Below, piece by piece: positions 38,726 through 54,212 of a stretch of DNA of 64,000 bases; positions within the stretch are counted from its first letter, which is position 1; each line of letters starts with the position of its first letter. Source of the stretch: Octopus vulgaris (lineage: Eukaryota); contig OX597828.1 in the NCBI GenBank assembly GCA_951406725.2, positions 59,396,001 through 59,460,000 of the forward strand, read 5' to 3'. A program made the position numbers and the translations under genes. The notes below the pieces were generated by a model, which worked only from the letters and a program-made list of their open reading frames with translations, searched no databases and had not been told where the DNA came from.

Positions 38726-39538
38726 CTCACCACATATATATATATATATATATATAACTGGACAACAGTCTTCTCCCAAATCCCTATTGTTCACATTGTG
38801 ATGTCTCCATTAGATCATGTCCTGGTTTAACGAATCATGCTCATCTGGATATTACTTTTGTTGGCCAGAGGACTGGCATGAAGAGTCACCAGGTGATGGT
38901 GAATGAAGTGTAAACATTAATGATTAGGAGATCTATCAGTGTGACTGCGTTGGTGTTTGTCAATTTGGTTGGACGATCAGTGGCCTCTCACCGCATACTC
39001 ATACCTCGTCTTCGCATTTGGATATGCTGAGTACGCAACGTATTTAACTTCTGTTGACATACAAGAGACAAATATGTATTGAGTAACTGATACAAAAAAC
39101 TAATAGCCATTGAATATATCAAAGAACTTCAGTTGCCATTTAGTTGACTTCTAATTCCATATATTATTAACTTAGATAGGTAACATAAAGCTTAGAAAAG
39201 CCATAACATATGCAACTGTTAGGTTGTGAAGTTTACAGTAAGAGTCAAAACATCTCTGCCAATACGTTCATAATTTGGATCGAAAAACTTCGCGTTCAAA
39301 GTGTCTTGCACTTACATATGGTAGCGGCAGGTTAACTGTTACTTCACTAAATAGACAAGTACATAATGCTATTCAAAATACATTTATCATGAATATATAC
39401 TGGTTAACAATTAAGGTCTGTCGAAGTCCGTTGAGCTTTTTAGGGTACGTCTTGACCCCCTCTCTCCTACTCTCTCCTTTGAAATTTTCTTCATGCTCAA
39501 CATCTAGTCACTGCAGGCCCGCTCTGTCTCCTTCTCTT

Positions 39539-39621
<83 letters not shown>

Positions 39622-40769
39622 GCTGTGTCACATGAAGATCTGCTGTGTCTATGGTGAGGGTGTCCAGAGGCTGTTCTCTTCTACTTGCGAAAACCTGGAC
39701 AACTACAATAATTATCAAAATCATATTGCATACTAGCAGGTCTTCCAATAACAGCATTTCATACTTTCGTAGAACTCAATGTTATGAAGAATACCTTTCT
39801 TTCGCTCTACCTATTTTGCGTGCATGTGTGCATGAAAAGGCGCTGGCTATGTACGTTTTCTGTCATGATCAGTTTTCCAACCAGATCTTTTGATACGTAT
39901 TTATAATCTTCTCTAAGCACTTCGTGTGTATTACGTCTTCTTTCTTGATTTAAACTACTTCTTCAATTAGTGTTCAATTACATAGAAAAATAGAGAAATC
40001 TTACTGAAACTGTATTTTGTCAATTTTAAAACTTTTATCCAATTAGAAGACGCTATTTAAAAAGTAATTTATAGTCAACTACATCATTTTGACTTCAAAT
40101 TTTTGTAGACAAAACCGTTTTGGCATTTTGTGCTTCTGCACAAAAATGTGTTAGATTAACTTTAATTATGTGATTATTTCGAAAGAATTGAAAGGAAAAA
40201 AGATAATATGAATTGACGCGGAGAGATAGAAATATTAGATAAAAATTGATGTTTTAGACACCCGAATGTTCTCATACATACACACATACCTACACACACG
40301 CACACTCACACAAGTAAATTATTTCCAAGCGGTTGATAATACTTGCCCAAATTGTTTTATATGTGGAGAGGATATTAGAACATGTTCATGTAAAAAAAAA
40401 CCTTCAGTTAAATATTTTACAAATGATCGGAATAATAAAATCTTTAATGCTTTTGAGTCTGAGTAAGAGACTGAATCTGTTGCTCTCAGAATCGAAGCGT
40501 TAAAAAAATGATACCTACTAGGCGGGATTTTAAATCGAAATTATTAATGTTTTTAACTTTGGAGTATATTCTTGTTAAGACCATGCACCCATACGCTGAC
40601 AGATCCTCATCAATGATTGGAGGTAGTGGTCGTGGATGAATGTAATACGGTGAATGATCCCTGAATCCTGCTTACAGAGCATGAGATATATTGATAGATA
40701 GATAGATAGACAAAGAGAGAGTGATAGAAAGAGGGGAGAGAGAGAAAGAGAGAAAGTGAGAGGTGGGGT

Positions 40770-40915
40770 TAGTATTTCAATGATTCTTTATTTCACCGAC
40801 TACACGAAGAGGAAATCCCAAGTTGACCTACCCAGAATTTTAATTCAGAAAGTGAAGCACAGGATCGAATACTGCAAGGGATTTGTCCAACATTGTAACA
40901 ATTTCTTGCAGCCGA
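40770..40915 (-). mobile_element. Old degenerate SINE family B
   Basis: ttctttatttcaccgac..aagttgacc..agaattttaattcagaa resembles the family B core. Confidence 0.5.
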
Positions 40916-41049
40916 GCGCACGTCCTAATATTATAACAAAATAATATTTATTGCATTTTTTCATTGACCATTAACTGTGAATGACTATCCCTAGGTGTTT
41001 TCATAGGACAGAAACATAGACAGTCAAATAGTTAGGAAGGGATATACAT

Positions 41050-41096
<47 letters not shown>

Positions 41097-42663
41097 GAGG
41101 AATAGAGAGAGAAAGAGAGAGTGCGCGCACTTGTGTTTTTGGGGTGGGTGTGCTGTACGTATCAGTTACTTTAGTATTTGAATCCAATTGGTTAAATATG
41201 AAGTTCAATATATTGCTGTCAATATCGTGAATAAAAGAAACATTAATGATCAAATATCCCTCGGGAGATTATCATTTACATTTTTTTTTTACTGGTAAAA
41301 AAACTGGTAAAAAGGAAATTGTTAAAAGAAAACTTTAAAAGAAACGGTGCAAACAATATTTCAGAAAAGATCTACCTCTGGTTTCGTTTTCATATTGTTT
41401 AACAAATCATTTTTTGGCAAACGTTCATTGAACTTTTATATCGTTACTTATTTCCCCAGAATACGTCTTCGGGCTTTGTTTAAGATCTTTCAAACAAATA
41501 TACTTGTTTCTTGATGTTACAGCGTTTTTCTTATCCTGTTTTTTTTTTTTTATAACTTTGCTTGTTTAGTTACTTTTTATGGATTCCTTTAGTTCATTTA
41601 TCTTTTTTTTCTTTCGCTGTTTTCGATTTTTACATTTTCTTATTACGTTCCTGTTAGTAAAGCTATATCAAAACTGTTAGTCCAAAAATAAACGTTTTTT
41701 CTTCTGAGAATTAACAAATTTAGTATTATTTAAAAATAGTAGATTTTTCGGTAGACCGAAAACTATTTCCTTCGATTTTATATATTATTGATTTCTTTTC
41801 AAGTAATATAGCGTTCATTAAAGTTATAGAAAATGAAAAACATACTCTTGTTGGTAAAAATGCATCAATTACCACCATGTTAAAAAAACAACGAAAATAT
41901 ATTATCGGAGGTTAGATGTTCATCATACATGACCTTATAACATTCCTCAATATAATGATGTGCACAAAACGACGCGCATTATGCATGCTGTTACAAGAAG
42001 GATCAAATTACTTATGCTGTACCAACCACGCAAGCATATAATTGCTTGCAAACGTACATTTGGAACGCAAACTCTACAAGTATCAGTAACATATGCTTCA
42101 TCTAAACGACGTACACTGAACAGATTCAGAATAAGAGATAGATAAGTATCTATATCTTTCTGAATGTCATTTCTACTTACAACATTAAAGTTAGCTTGGG
42201 AATATGTGGCCTGCGTTCTACAGTTCATATCTGACATGCTTTAGGAATTGATCAAGAGGAGAAGTTTTATCTCACCTGAATTAAAATTCAAGGGTATTTT
42301 CAATAATATATTTAATCAATTGTCTTTATTATTTTATACACATAGCAATTTCAAATACTGCTCATATGCTGGTATATAATTTACACGGCTACATCTGTAT
42401 ATATAATTATGCATTACATTTTCATTTATCAAGAAACATAACTCTGCTTGTCACACTACATGCACACATCAATTCATATATACATCACTGCACACACACA
42501 CACACACACACACACAAACATGATTACACAGACATACAGACACACACATAAACACAACACACACACACACATAAATATATAAATGCATATAGATATATAT
42601 GCATGTATATATGTACATATATATATCTATCTATCTATCTATTTATCTATCTATTATCTCTGT

Positions 42664-43340
<677 letters not shown>

Positions 43341-43444
43341 CACATATTTACATGTTGTTATTTATAGCGCTTTGTGTGCGGTGAAATATTCCCAAATAAG
43401 ATTTAGTTCACGTACTCCTGGAAGTTTATTTAATCTTATGACGT

Positions 43445-43498
<54 letters not shown>

Positions 43499-45242
43499 CA
43501 TACATATATATGTATATATATATATACATATATATATATACATGTATGTGTGTATATAAATGCATGTATGTACATGCACAGGTGTATATGCATAGATTCA
43601 CACAATCGCATAAACACTTACATTCACTTATTTGACATGACCTTATCAACAATAATCAATGACGCCATTTTATGTTTGGGTTCGTTTCATTTCCTTGATC
43701 TTCTATGTTTTCTATTCAACAGGCAACAATAAATCGCTTATAGATGAATAATTAAATCGTGAAATTGCTAAATCTACGACTGTTTGGTTGTGTGTTTGTT
43801 TGGTCGTATTCTTCTGAGTGCAATAATTTCCTGCGTCATGCCGTTCTACTTAAGCGACCTGTCAGTCTTGACATTATTATTTGTGACGAGTCTAATGAAA
43901 ATCAGGAGAAAATAGCTACAATTATGAACATTTACACAAATCTTCTTATATACATACATGCATACACACACATATGATCACACACATACACATACACTAT
44001 TTGTATGTATGTATTTGTGTGTCTATTCACATATGCAACTACACGATAGGACTACGTGAAAATAAATGCATGTGTTTACATATACAAGATGCGATAAGAA
44101 ACAAACATTCTATATATATTCACGCATACAAACACACACATGTATACACACACACGTACACATGGACCGGTTACTTCCCTTGTCAGTGTATATACTTTGC
44201 GCGCTTTTTACAGCGTTAAGACTTTTAACTCTTATTTCTTGATATACAGGTGCATCAGCACCCTCTATCACAATTAGTCACAATTAGCACAATTTCTTTC
44301 TGACTTTAGTGGTGTCTATAATATTTAGTTGTAGAAAATGTACTGAAATACCACTCAGGTTTACAGTTACGAATTTCTTGTGAACGCATGTCTGACAGTT
44401 GAAGTTATTACTGACTGACGCATTTCTATCAATATGTAACGGAAATTAATGGAGTGTTGATTGAACGAAGCATCGCCCTACTTCCTCCTGTTCCTGAAAT
44501 GTATACAAACTAGTTCTTTTATGATAATAATGATAAAAATAAACAGGTTTACAGACACAGGGTTACTGCTTCCTCTATAATGACAATACAGGATCATAGA
44601 ATTATTAAAATGTCATATGCTTAGCTAATTGAAAATTTATTATTAATACCACGGAAATATTGGTAAGGTGTATCTTCCAGATGATTGCAAATAAGAATGT
44701 GGCAGTCAATAATATAGGAGTTAATTATAGAAATATGCTAAAATATAAGCTGTAATTATTGTACAGTAAAAACATAGACGTTTTCAGAATAACGTACAAC
44801 TATTTAACTGTAGGATGTTATACATACATACACACAGACTTACAAACATACATAGAAACACACACACACACACACACATATATGTATAAAATTAACAGAA
44901 TGAGATAAAAAAAATCATCCAAGGCGGCGAAAGATTTCAGAACATTTATAAAGAGGTCTTACAGCTGTTTCCGGGATATTTTATATATCTCTTCATCGGA
45001 GACGATGCGAGAACATGGTTATGCAATAGTTTTTCTAGAGAAGATATGAAATAGATAGTGAGGTGGAGGAATGGAAGCAGGCGTGAGATAAGCAGGGATA
45101 TTGTATCTGCAGTTCTATTATTTAAGTAGAATGGTATACATATAAGTTTCCTGTGCCTTGTGTGTAAGTTCCAATAATATTTAAAATTGGTCATTCCAAG
45201 CATAGACTTTGTACACGGTGTTATTGGATCGAAATATGAAAA

Positions 45243-45640
45243 TCTTTATATATAAAAGTGAGGTTGTGTGCTGTCCGTCTCCTACGATTTAGATTCCTAA
45301 CTACTCCCACATTTTGCGGTGCAGTTTAACCAAAACCGGGTATCTTATAGTCGTGATTCATATCGAGCCCTTCTGGGTATTAGCGCGCGTCTACGATGAG
45401 CCTACGATTTAAAAAAAAAAATTACCATCAATTTTTCCCATTTTTAATGCATTTTTAGCATATATAAGGGAAGTAACTCTCTAAAATTTATTATTAAATC
45501 TCAGAACGTAAAAAGCTACAGTAACACCCTCCTCCTTTGTGGTTAGCCATATTGAGATGGCTATTATACTTTACATCTCTAAAAATGCTTATATAGTTAT
45601 TTCCCTTACAAATCCGAGCAACGCCGGGCGATACTCCTAG
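45243..45640 (+). mobile_element. Non-autonomous Helitron
   Basis: A|TCtttatatataaaa 5' end, subterminal hairpin ccgagcaacgccgg and CTAG|T 3' end; no TSD. Confidence 0.82.
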
Positions 45641-46599
45641 TTATATATAAAATGTAAAAGTCATTATAGTCGTAGTCCCTGATAATTGCTGGAGCATGAT
45701 ATGAATTCAATCGGATAACTAACGCGAATCGTTCCAAAAGGTAATTTAACATCCAACATCTGTGGCCATTTCGGAAGCTCATTGCTGTTACGACTTTGTT
45801 CATCCTGACAAGGGGGGGGGTCATTGCCTAAGCCTAAGATGCGTATAGAGTGCATGGAGGCAACGGCAATGAATTTCCGAAAAGTTTTAGAAGTTTTAGT
45901 AAGAGTCTTCCACCCGGTTTTCGAAACCGCAACTCCAAATCACCATACAATAACACCATACAAACACCAGTTGCCGACATCACCTATCTCTAGACAAACA
46001 CCAGTTGCTGACGTCATCTAACTGTAGACCAATGAATTATTACCTCCGATCAAAACCGAACTTCAGCAAATACAACAAAATGACCCTTTAAGCGAATCGA
46101 CCAACCGGAACGACTGATGACTGTTCCCCATATGGAAGCCAATCAGGCAGAACGACAAGCTTGACCACCGAAGAAACAAGTTGTCACCAGTTGTACTTTA
46201 ACGAATGAAAACAATCAGATCCGCTCGCGGAAAAAATTATAAACATACCGGATTCCAAAACACACCGTTACAAGCGAAAGTTTCTCCACACGACGGAGAT
46301 AGAATCAGAGAAACTGTAAACCAAATCTCTTTTTTTTTTTTTTACTATGCTCATTTCTCACTTGTTTTTCTCCCTCTTAACTCAGTACGACCTGAAACTT
46401 TAATGATATTATTTCTTGTCGATCACTACTAACACTAATGAACATTATACATTTAAACAAGTTGATGCACAGTTTTTATATTATTGACTGTTATGAAGAA
46501 TTAAACTCGTCAAGATTGAAACTTTTAAATATGCTTTTCTAATTCATAATTCTAAATTTTTACCATTGTTAAACAAAAAATATTGTTGAAACTAGTTGG

Positions 46600-46657
<58 letters not shown>

Positions 46658-46658
46658 T

Positions 46659-46822
46659 ACGACAGGCTTCTTTCAGTTTCCGTCTACCAAATCCACCCAC
46701 AAGGCTTTGGTCGGCCCGAGGCTATAGCAGAAGACACTTGCCCAAGATGCCACGCAGTGGGACTGAACCCGGAACCGTGTGGTCGGTTAGCAAGCTACTT
46801 ACCACACAGCCTCTCCTGCGCT
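46659..46822 (-). mobile_element. SINE family C 5' half
   Basis: Reverse complement of 29151-29314. Confidence 0.85.
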
Positions 46823-46830
46823 TATATATA

Positions 46831-47176
<346 letters not shown>

Positions 47177-47459
47177 CAACAATTGAGGGTAAAATTAATT
47201 AATTATTAATCAATTTCACCAAGTGTTCAGTATGCAAAGGGACCATTTAAGGCGAATTCAAATTATTACATTATATAAAAGGGCTTAGTAAAATAAATTA
47301 CTTTGCCGCATACTGAACTCATTAGAAATAGCAGCTAAAAAACTTTTTTAAAAACCATTTCTAATACTTAAAGAAAATCTCTCTCATATGGTGTTTGGTC
47401 AACTCAACTCACGAAAGTTTGGGGGTAAGGACATCAAAAAATCAAATGCAAAGGTTATT

Positions 47460-47511
47460 TGAGAACGTACGTTTCAAGATTAGTCAATACGACACTTCTA
47501 TCATCAGCTCA
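47460..47511 (-). ncRNA. Type I hammerhead motif, copy 1
   Basis: UGAG-CUGAUGA-UAGAAGUGUC-GUAUU-GACUAAUCUU-GAA-ACGUACGU-U-CUCA. Confidence 0.7.
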
Positions 47512-48019
47512 GAAACTCCTTGGTTTGGATTTGAAAACACTGAAAGTAAGAACATACCCTTTCGGCTTCTCATCGCTTTCGAAGATCTGCTCGTAACTAA
47601 CAGTGCCAACAAACTCAAATATGCAAGCGAAGAATTTCTGTTCTCCCCTTTCCACCAGCGTGGGTTAAAATCATCAAACACTATGCTTATTTCGGTAAAA
47701 TCCGAAGCATTAATTAGAGGGAGATTAATTATAATTTCAACAATTGAGGGTAAAATTAATTAATTATTAATCAATTTCACCAAGTGTTCAGTATGCAAAG
47801 GGACCATTTAAGGCGAATTCAAATTATTACATTATATAAAAGGGCTTAGTAAAATAAATTACTTTGCCGCATACTGAACTCATTAGAAATAGCAGCTAAA
47901 AAACTTTTTTAAAGCTATTTCTAATACTTAAAGAAAATCTCTCTCATATAGTGTTTGCTTAACTCAACTCACAAAAGTTTGGGGGTAAGGACATCAAAAA
48001 ATCAAATGCAAAGGTTATT

Positions 48020-48071
48020 TGAGAACGTACGTTTCAAGATTAGTCAATACGACACTTCTATCATCAGCTCA
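48020..48071 (-). ncRNA. Type I hammerhead motif, copy 2
   Basis: Identical to copy 1, 560 bp away. Confidence 0.7.
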
Positions 48072-48309
48072 GAAACTCCTTGGTTTGGATTTGAAAACAC
48101 TGAAAGTAAGAACATACCCTTTCGGCTTCTCATCGCTTTCGAAGATCTGATTTTAACCCACGCTGGTGGAAAGGGGAGAACAGAAATTCTTCGCTTGCAT
48201 ATTTGAGTTTGTTGGCACTGTTAGTTACGAGCAGATCTTCGAAAGCGATGAGAAGCCGAAAGGGTATGTTCTTACTTTCAGTGTTTTCAAATCCAAACCA
48301 AGGAGTTTC

Positions 48310-48361
48310 TGAGCTGATGATAGAAGTGTCGTATTGACTAATCTTGAAACGTACGTTCTCA
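48310..48361 (+). ncRNA. Type I hammerhead motif, copy 3 (inverted)
   Basis: tgagCTGATGAtagaagtgtcgtattgactaatcttGAAAcgtacgTTctca. Confidence 0.7.
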
Positions 48362-48551
48362 AATAACCTTTGCATTTGATTTTTTGATGTCCTTACCCCC
48401 AAACTTTTGTGAGTTGAGTTAAGCAAACACTATATGAGAGAGATTTTCTTTAAGTATTAGAAATAGCTTTAAAAAAGTTTTTTAGCTGCTATTTCTAATG
48501 AGTTCAGTATGCGGCAAAGTAATTTATTTTACTAAGCCCTTTTATATAATG

Positions 48552-48596
<45 letters not shown>

Positions 48597-50509
48597 CAAA
48601 GACATGTTATTGAGGGCAGAAATAAAGATTGCATATTGTTTATTTGAATTTTGATGTGGGAATTCTGAAATGTAACTGTCAAATAGGTCTTAAGATTTCA
48701 TGATATGAAAGGATTTCATAATAGAATCCACCAGAGGTTTGAAATCACAAGTATTAACAAAAGAAATTTGCAAGAGGTTTTGTGAAACTCATTTAAAAGA
48801 GTGTTTGTAGCTGTTTACATGTCATGTGACCAACACTTACTCTTTTCACATAAATCCTCTTGAGATTATCTGAATAGTTCACGGAATTTAGTGCGTGATA
48901 TTGAATGAGAATCCTTAACGTAACACATCATACCAAACAATGGTGTTTACAATGAAGTAAATGTAATCAAGTTTGGTTCGAGGTTTTCAATTTGGTTTCA
49001 CTCCCAATTCAAACTATTTCACTTCCATCCAATATCCATTTTCTAATAAATGAATCAAATACGTAAAACTAGAAGTGTCTTTAATTATGCTGGAGTGAAT
49101 GAATGCAGATTAGCTATATGTCCAAGTAAGATACACGCTGAAGTATTTCTAACGTGTCTGACTGCATCCAAAAGAAAACCATTCTGTGAATTTGAAAAAT
49201 CTTCACTAACCGCTATACTAGAACACCTAACTGTCCCCACTGCTCTTTGGTCCCACTACAATGTCTTATCGTTTCAAATAACTACATCTATATCTCCTTT
49301 AGTCAGACAATCTGTCACATGTTTCTTTCTTCCTCATATCTTTTCTTCTGTGACTCACTTCCGAAATCTGAATTAAACACTTCATCCAGTGATCCCTTCC
49401 CTTTACAAGTGCAGATGTCATGAAATAGACTAAATAGATTTCCAGCTGAAAAATAAAACATCATCCATGTTATGATTACTAAGAAACAATATTCTTTCTT
49501 ACTCTTTCTCTTGTTCTTTCTCTTTGTCTCTCTGTCGAACACGTTTTTGTTTAACGAATATACCATACCTTTCACTGTATACACTCCGCCGAAAGACCGC
49601 TCAGATGAAGCAGATATCGCAGTCGTAGCGGAGATAACTCATATTCAAGCATATATTGATATGCTTGTGATTCACAGATCTGCTACGCAGTGTATATATT
49701 GATGGCATTACAATAAAACAGGATGTCCCATTTTAGAATTAACCAACAAATATACCTTCAGTGAAGATGGTGCTACTGTAGAAAATAGTCGAAAATGGAA
49801 GAGGGCTTGAGTTATTTCAAACAAAGCTATGTTTCCTCATTTTGATAGTAAATAGGTTCGAATTTGTAAGTAATATTCATAAAGCTATCGAACCAGTTCG
49901 TGCGCATTGTCATTTCTTCTCCTCTTCCAAGTTTTTACTACTGATCTCCATCGGGTGCTGAAAATATTGCGTGGTCCATTCGAGATAAACGAATTTCGGG
50001 ATGGTCTACATACAAGAGATTGAATTCTTTATCTCATGAGTCCCTGTTTCTCCCCACTCCCATCCTCAGCAAAATATTCATTTTCAATATTTCGATAACA
50101 ATCCAGTCCTTCACACTTTGTACGAGTCCATACCTCGTAGAATTCAAGCTATACTCACTGCCAAAGGCGGTTTCTACCTCTTATTAAAATAAATTTGTTT
50201 GAAATTTAAAGGTGATTCCATTATTTTGTCCACTCCCTGTAGTTATGCCTTTGAGACACAACAAATTCTTTCACCATCCTACTAGTGATTATTTTTCTTC
50301 TGAGATTTAGAGCTAAGTTTATAGCTTGGTTATTGGGGATGTGTGCAGTTTTGGAATTCTTTAGCTACATACACCCTCAATTAATGACATGCATTGCTGT
50401 ATAATTTCGAAATGATTATTATGATGTAATTTATATCATAAGACATACACGTGTATGTGTGAGCATCAAGAACTTGTAGTCTTGAAAAACCTTTAGACTG
50501 AAAATAACA

Positions 50510-50728
50510 TACGAGGCGGGTGCTGAAACATTTCTGGCTTTAAGGGTATCGCGAAAGGCCTGGCTGGAGGACAAACCTTCTGAGTTCTTTCACATGTCTT
50601 ACAAAAACTGAAGGACCGCTGCAATAAGTGTGTGAATCTGAGAGGGGAATATGTTGAATAAAATTATAATTAATTGAACCTCCTCTATTTTCTTTTACTC
50701 AAAGTCCAGAACTTTACAGCACCTTATG
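50510..50728 (+). mobile_element. Mariner-derived MITE
   Basis: tacgagg..gtgctgaaa TIR; retains the transposase C-terminus KDRCNKCVNLRGEYVE*. Confidence 0.78.
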
Positions 50729-52814
50729 TGTGAGCATGTATTTTATTTTAATTATTCAGAACGTTCTATGACGGAACTTTCTATCGTGACACATAAGATA
50801 AGAAATATATTTCTCTTAACAAATTTTACCCTCGCCGTAAGCTCGTTCTTCCGTATATATGACTCAATAATGTTTGCATATCACGTGCTGTATATTCGTT
50901 ACCTACTTTTCACTCAAGAATGCCATATATACATCTTTCAGCAGTCTGGAAACATTTTCCGGTGGAATATCTGAAACAGAAAGGAAAAATTTGATATATT
51001 CCTCAATAAACTGAAATAAATTTATATATTGAGAATGCTTATACATCCGTGGTAATTCGTATTTCATTACATTAGAAACAAAATTACACATTGTTGCATT
51101 TTAGTAATCGGTTTTGTGTTATTTCCCGCAGTAGGATCAAAATTAAATGTAACATTTAACTGTAATACAGATAAAAGATTAAAGTCAATACAGATAAATG
51201 TTTAAGAAGAAGACGTCATTTTAACCATTTTGCTTCGTTGATAGTTATATTCAAAATCAGTACAATAGCAATAATGTTTTACCTCCAGTAAGGTCTACCA
51301 GACAGCAAAGAAAATATGAAATGGCTAAGATTCTACAAATCAGTCATGTTTGATGTATCATAAAATAATGTTGATTGACTGATGTAAATTAAGTATTACA
51401 TATGCAATAGGAATAAATGCATACCTATGACAATTGTGTACAAATATTTAAATTGATTGTTAAATTCATTTATAAAGCAAATAGTTTTCAAACCTTCTAC
51501 ACACAAATACATTATATCAGTATACTAAAATTTAATGCGTAATTTAATTTCAAATTTTGGACTTTATATACTTAAATGTGTCGCACACATTCAGACAATA
51601 ATACAGATAGGCACACATGCGCATCTATGTAGGTATACAAAGAAAATGACATAACAAGTAATCGATTCAGAGAATTACCTGGCACTCTTGTACGTTCTTC
51701 TATCTTGCTCTTAGTCTATGTTTTTTTTATACAGAAACATTTATTATTACGTTATACTTTTACAAATGTGAACATGAATGCCATGGACAATAATCCTAAT
51801 AATTCAATGAAAACATATGTATGTATGTGTGTGGGTTCATACATTAGGCTTTTCATTTTCTATTCTGTATTTTTCGCAAGGAAGGGATATCTTACTAAGC
51901 ATGTTAAATAAACACTTTCTCCTCAATTCAAAATATATTTTTAAAAATATTTACATTAATTTGTCTCTGAATCTTAATACAATTTAGCATTTATTATCTA
52001 TTATCATAGATTAATTCAGAAATTTCTGCTCGTCTTCAGTGCAATATCTTTACGAAAACCAAGCATATAAATATTTCTGAAAGACTTTACGAAAGTAGAT
52101 AAATATATTTGAATAGATTGATAAATATATGTATTTTTTTGTGGCACTGAAATCATATGTATAGAATTAGAAAGATTTAAAGAATATTTGTTATACTATT
52201 GGTGAAAATAAAGTTGAAAAGCTGTTGCTTCATTTGAAGTGAGATAGATAGTTAAATATTGCCTGTGGAGTTATAAGTTACTTCTAAGAAGTTTATCATT
52301 ATTTACAATTTTTAGATTGTTTTCAAATTTTAAATTATTTTTGTATCTACGAGTCATAGAAAAAAAGAAGATATACTTTGAAAACCTTTCTGGCATTCTT
52401 ATCTAAATTCTTTCAAATATTTTTATTTATCTAATGTCTAATGCACATCACAACGAAGATGAAGGGAAATTTATGAATACTTATAAAACGCTAGAAGTTG
52501 GATAAAAGCTAAATTCAGAAAAAATATGTAAAATCATAACTTACAGAAATTGAATACATCTTTTTAGTAAAGACTACTTCACGACGAAAGACAGGAACCA
52601 TGTACACAGAATTTTCAAAATTTATTTCCTTCACAAAGAATATAGAAGAACCAAAGAAAAATATATTTATATAGCGTAAGATAATCCAGTAGTAAAATTT
52701 TGCCTTGCATGTCAATAGAAATGAGTGAAAATTCTTTAAAGACAGTAATTCCATAGACACGTGCGACAGCTTTATTGACGATCCCGCACACACAAAAATA
52801 CGCTTAATATTCAT

Positions 52815-53017
52815 TTCAAATTTTGGCACAAGGCCAACAATTTGGGGTGGTGGTAAGTCGATTGCAGCGACTCCAGCTCTCAACTGGGACTTATTTTATC
52901 GACCCCGAAAGGATGAAAGGCAAAATCGACCTTGGTGGAATTTGAACTCAGAATGTGAAGACGGTTGAAATACCGCAAGCATTTCGACCGGCGTGCTAAC
53001 AATTCTGCAAGCTCGCT
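52815..53017 (-). mobile_element. SINE family B (ggccttgtgcc tail type)
   Basis: cgaccccgaaaggatgaaaggcaaa..gaatttgaactcagaa core. Confidence 0.82.
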
Positions 53018-54212
53018 TCCGTAACGTCTTGTCAGACACTCAAACCATTCTGCTAATCCTACCACCCTAATGATAAACATAATAGATTGACCACCCTTCC
53101 GCAAAACATGGCTAGAACAAAAATATTCTTCTCCATCATAAATAAAAGATTTGAGAATACTTGCTAGAGAAAATATTATGCACATTCCTAAACCAATCTC
53201 AAGAAATCTATAGAGAAAACCTAACTTACTCTTTAATTTGATATCAGCCAAGAACTTTATCAACTCTATAACCTTTATTGAGTTTTAGAAATACGTTTAC
53301 AAATTTGCATTAATTACAACTATCCTTGAATGAAAAATTCAAATTTTATTTTATTTTTATCTACAAATCAAGAATAAAGGAAAATAAGGAAATTCATTAA
53401 TCTTTTCATACATTCTTATCTACTCAATTCAAATCTTTCAACTATTTTTAATTGCTTAGTCTTCTGAAAATATATCGCATCAAAGTTGAAGCAAAATTTC
53501 TGAAGTAATCTGTCTGTGATTATAGAGACGGCAATACTAAATTAAGCAAAAAAATTAAATAACATATTAAATTAATTAAAATTTATGTTTTGCTACTTAT
53601 TTTATGAGAGGAAGGCGAGAATGTCGTTTACAACACTTCAGGTAAAGCTTTTCTCCCCTCTTGAGATCCAATGAAAAATGAAACCCTACAGCATAAAGAA
53701 ATTGTAACCAAACTAAGAAGTATAACGTCACATTCCGGTATGATGACTGTATTCAATATAAATCAAGGGTAAACAATACTAAGAAAAAGAGATTCGATAT
53801 AGAGAGACACATGGCCGGCGTTCAAGCGCACAGTTATGACCAAGATTAACATATTTCACTGTATTCTGGACACCATCATACATTTAGATATTCAGATACA
53901 CACACACGTACGTGCGCGCACACTCACCCACATGAATCGGCACAACTGGAGTGAAACAAAACTATTCCTGTAAATACAAAGCCATATTGCATTTAAGGAT
54001 AAATATATTATGATAAAAAAAATATCAATTCTGATATGGTAAATATTGCTAAAGCATTTTCAAACAGCATGTTTTAGTTTTCCACATTTTCGTTAGCATT
54101 GAACGTTTTTGTTAAGCTTGACATTTTTTGTTAAACTTGAATACATTTACACAAGTTTTCCAAGACATACTTATTCTGTTTTATAAAAGGAAACACGTTC
54201 ATATATTCCCCC

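Noticed and set aside
41330-41940. Possible Penelope linker-region remnant
   Set aside because: Only a faint TKFVNSQ-like similarity in AT-rich sequence.
47395-48426. Repeated ORFs (MxNSTHxSLGVRTSKNQMQ...)
   Set aside because: They only reflect the tandem/inverted repeat; no recognisable domain, and they start at non-ATG codons.
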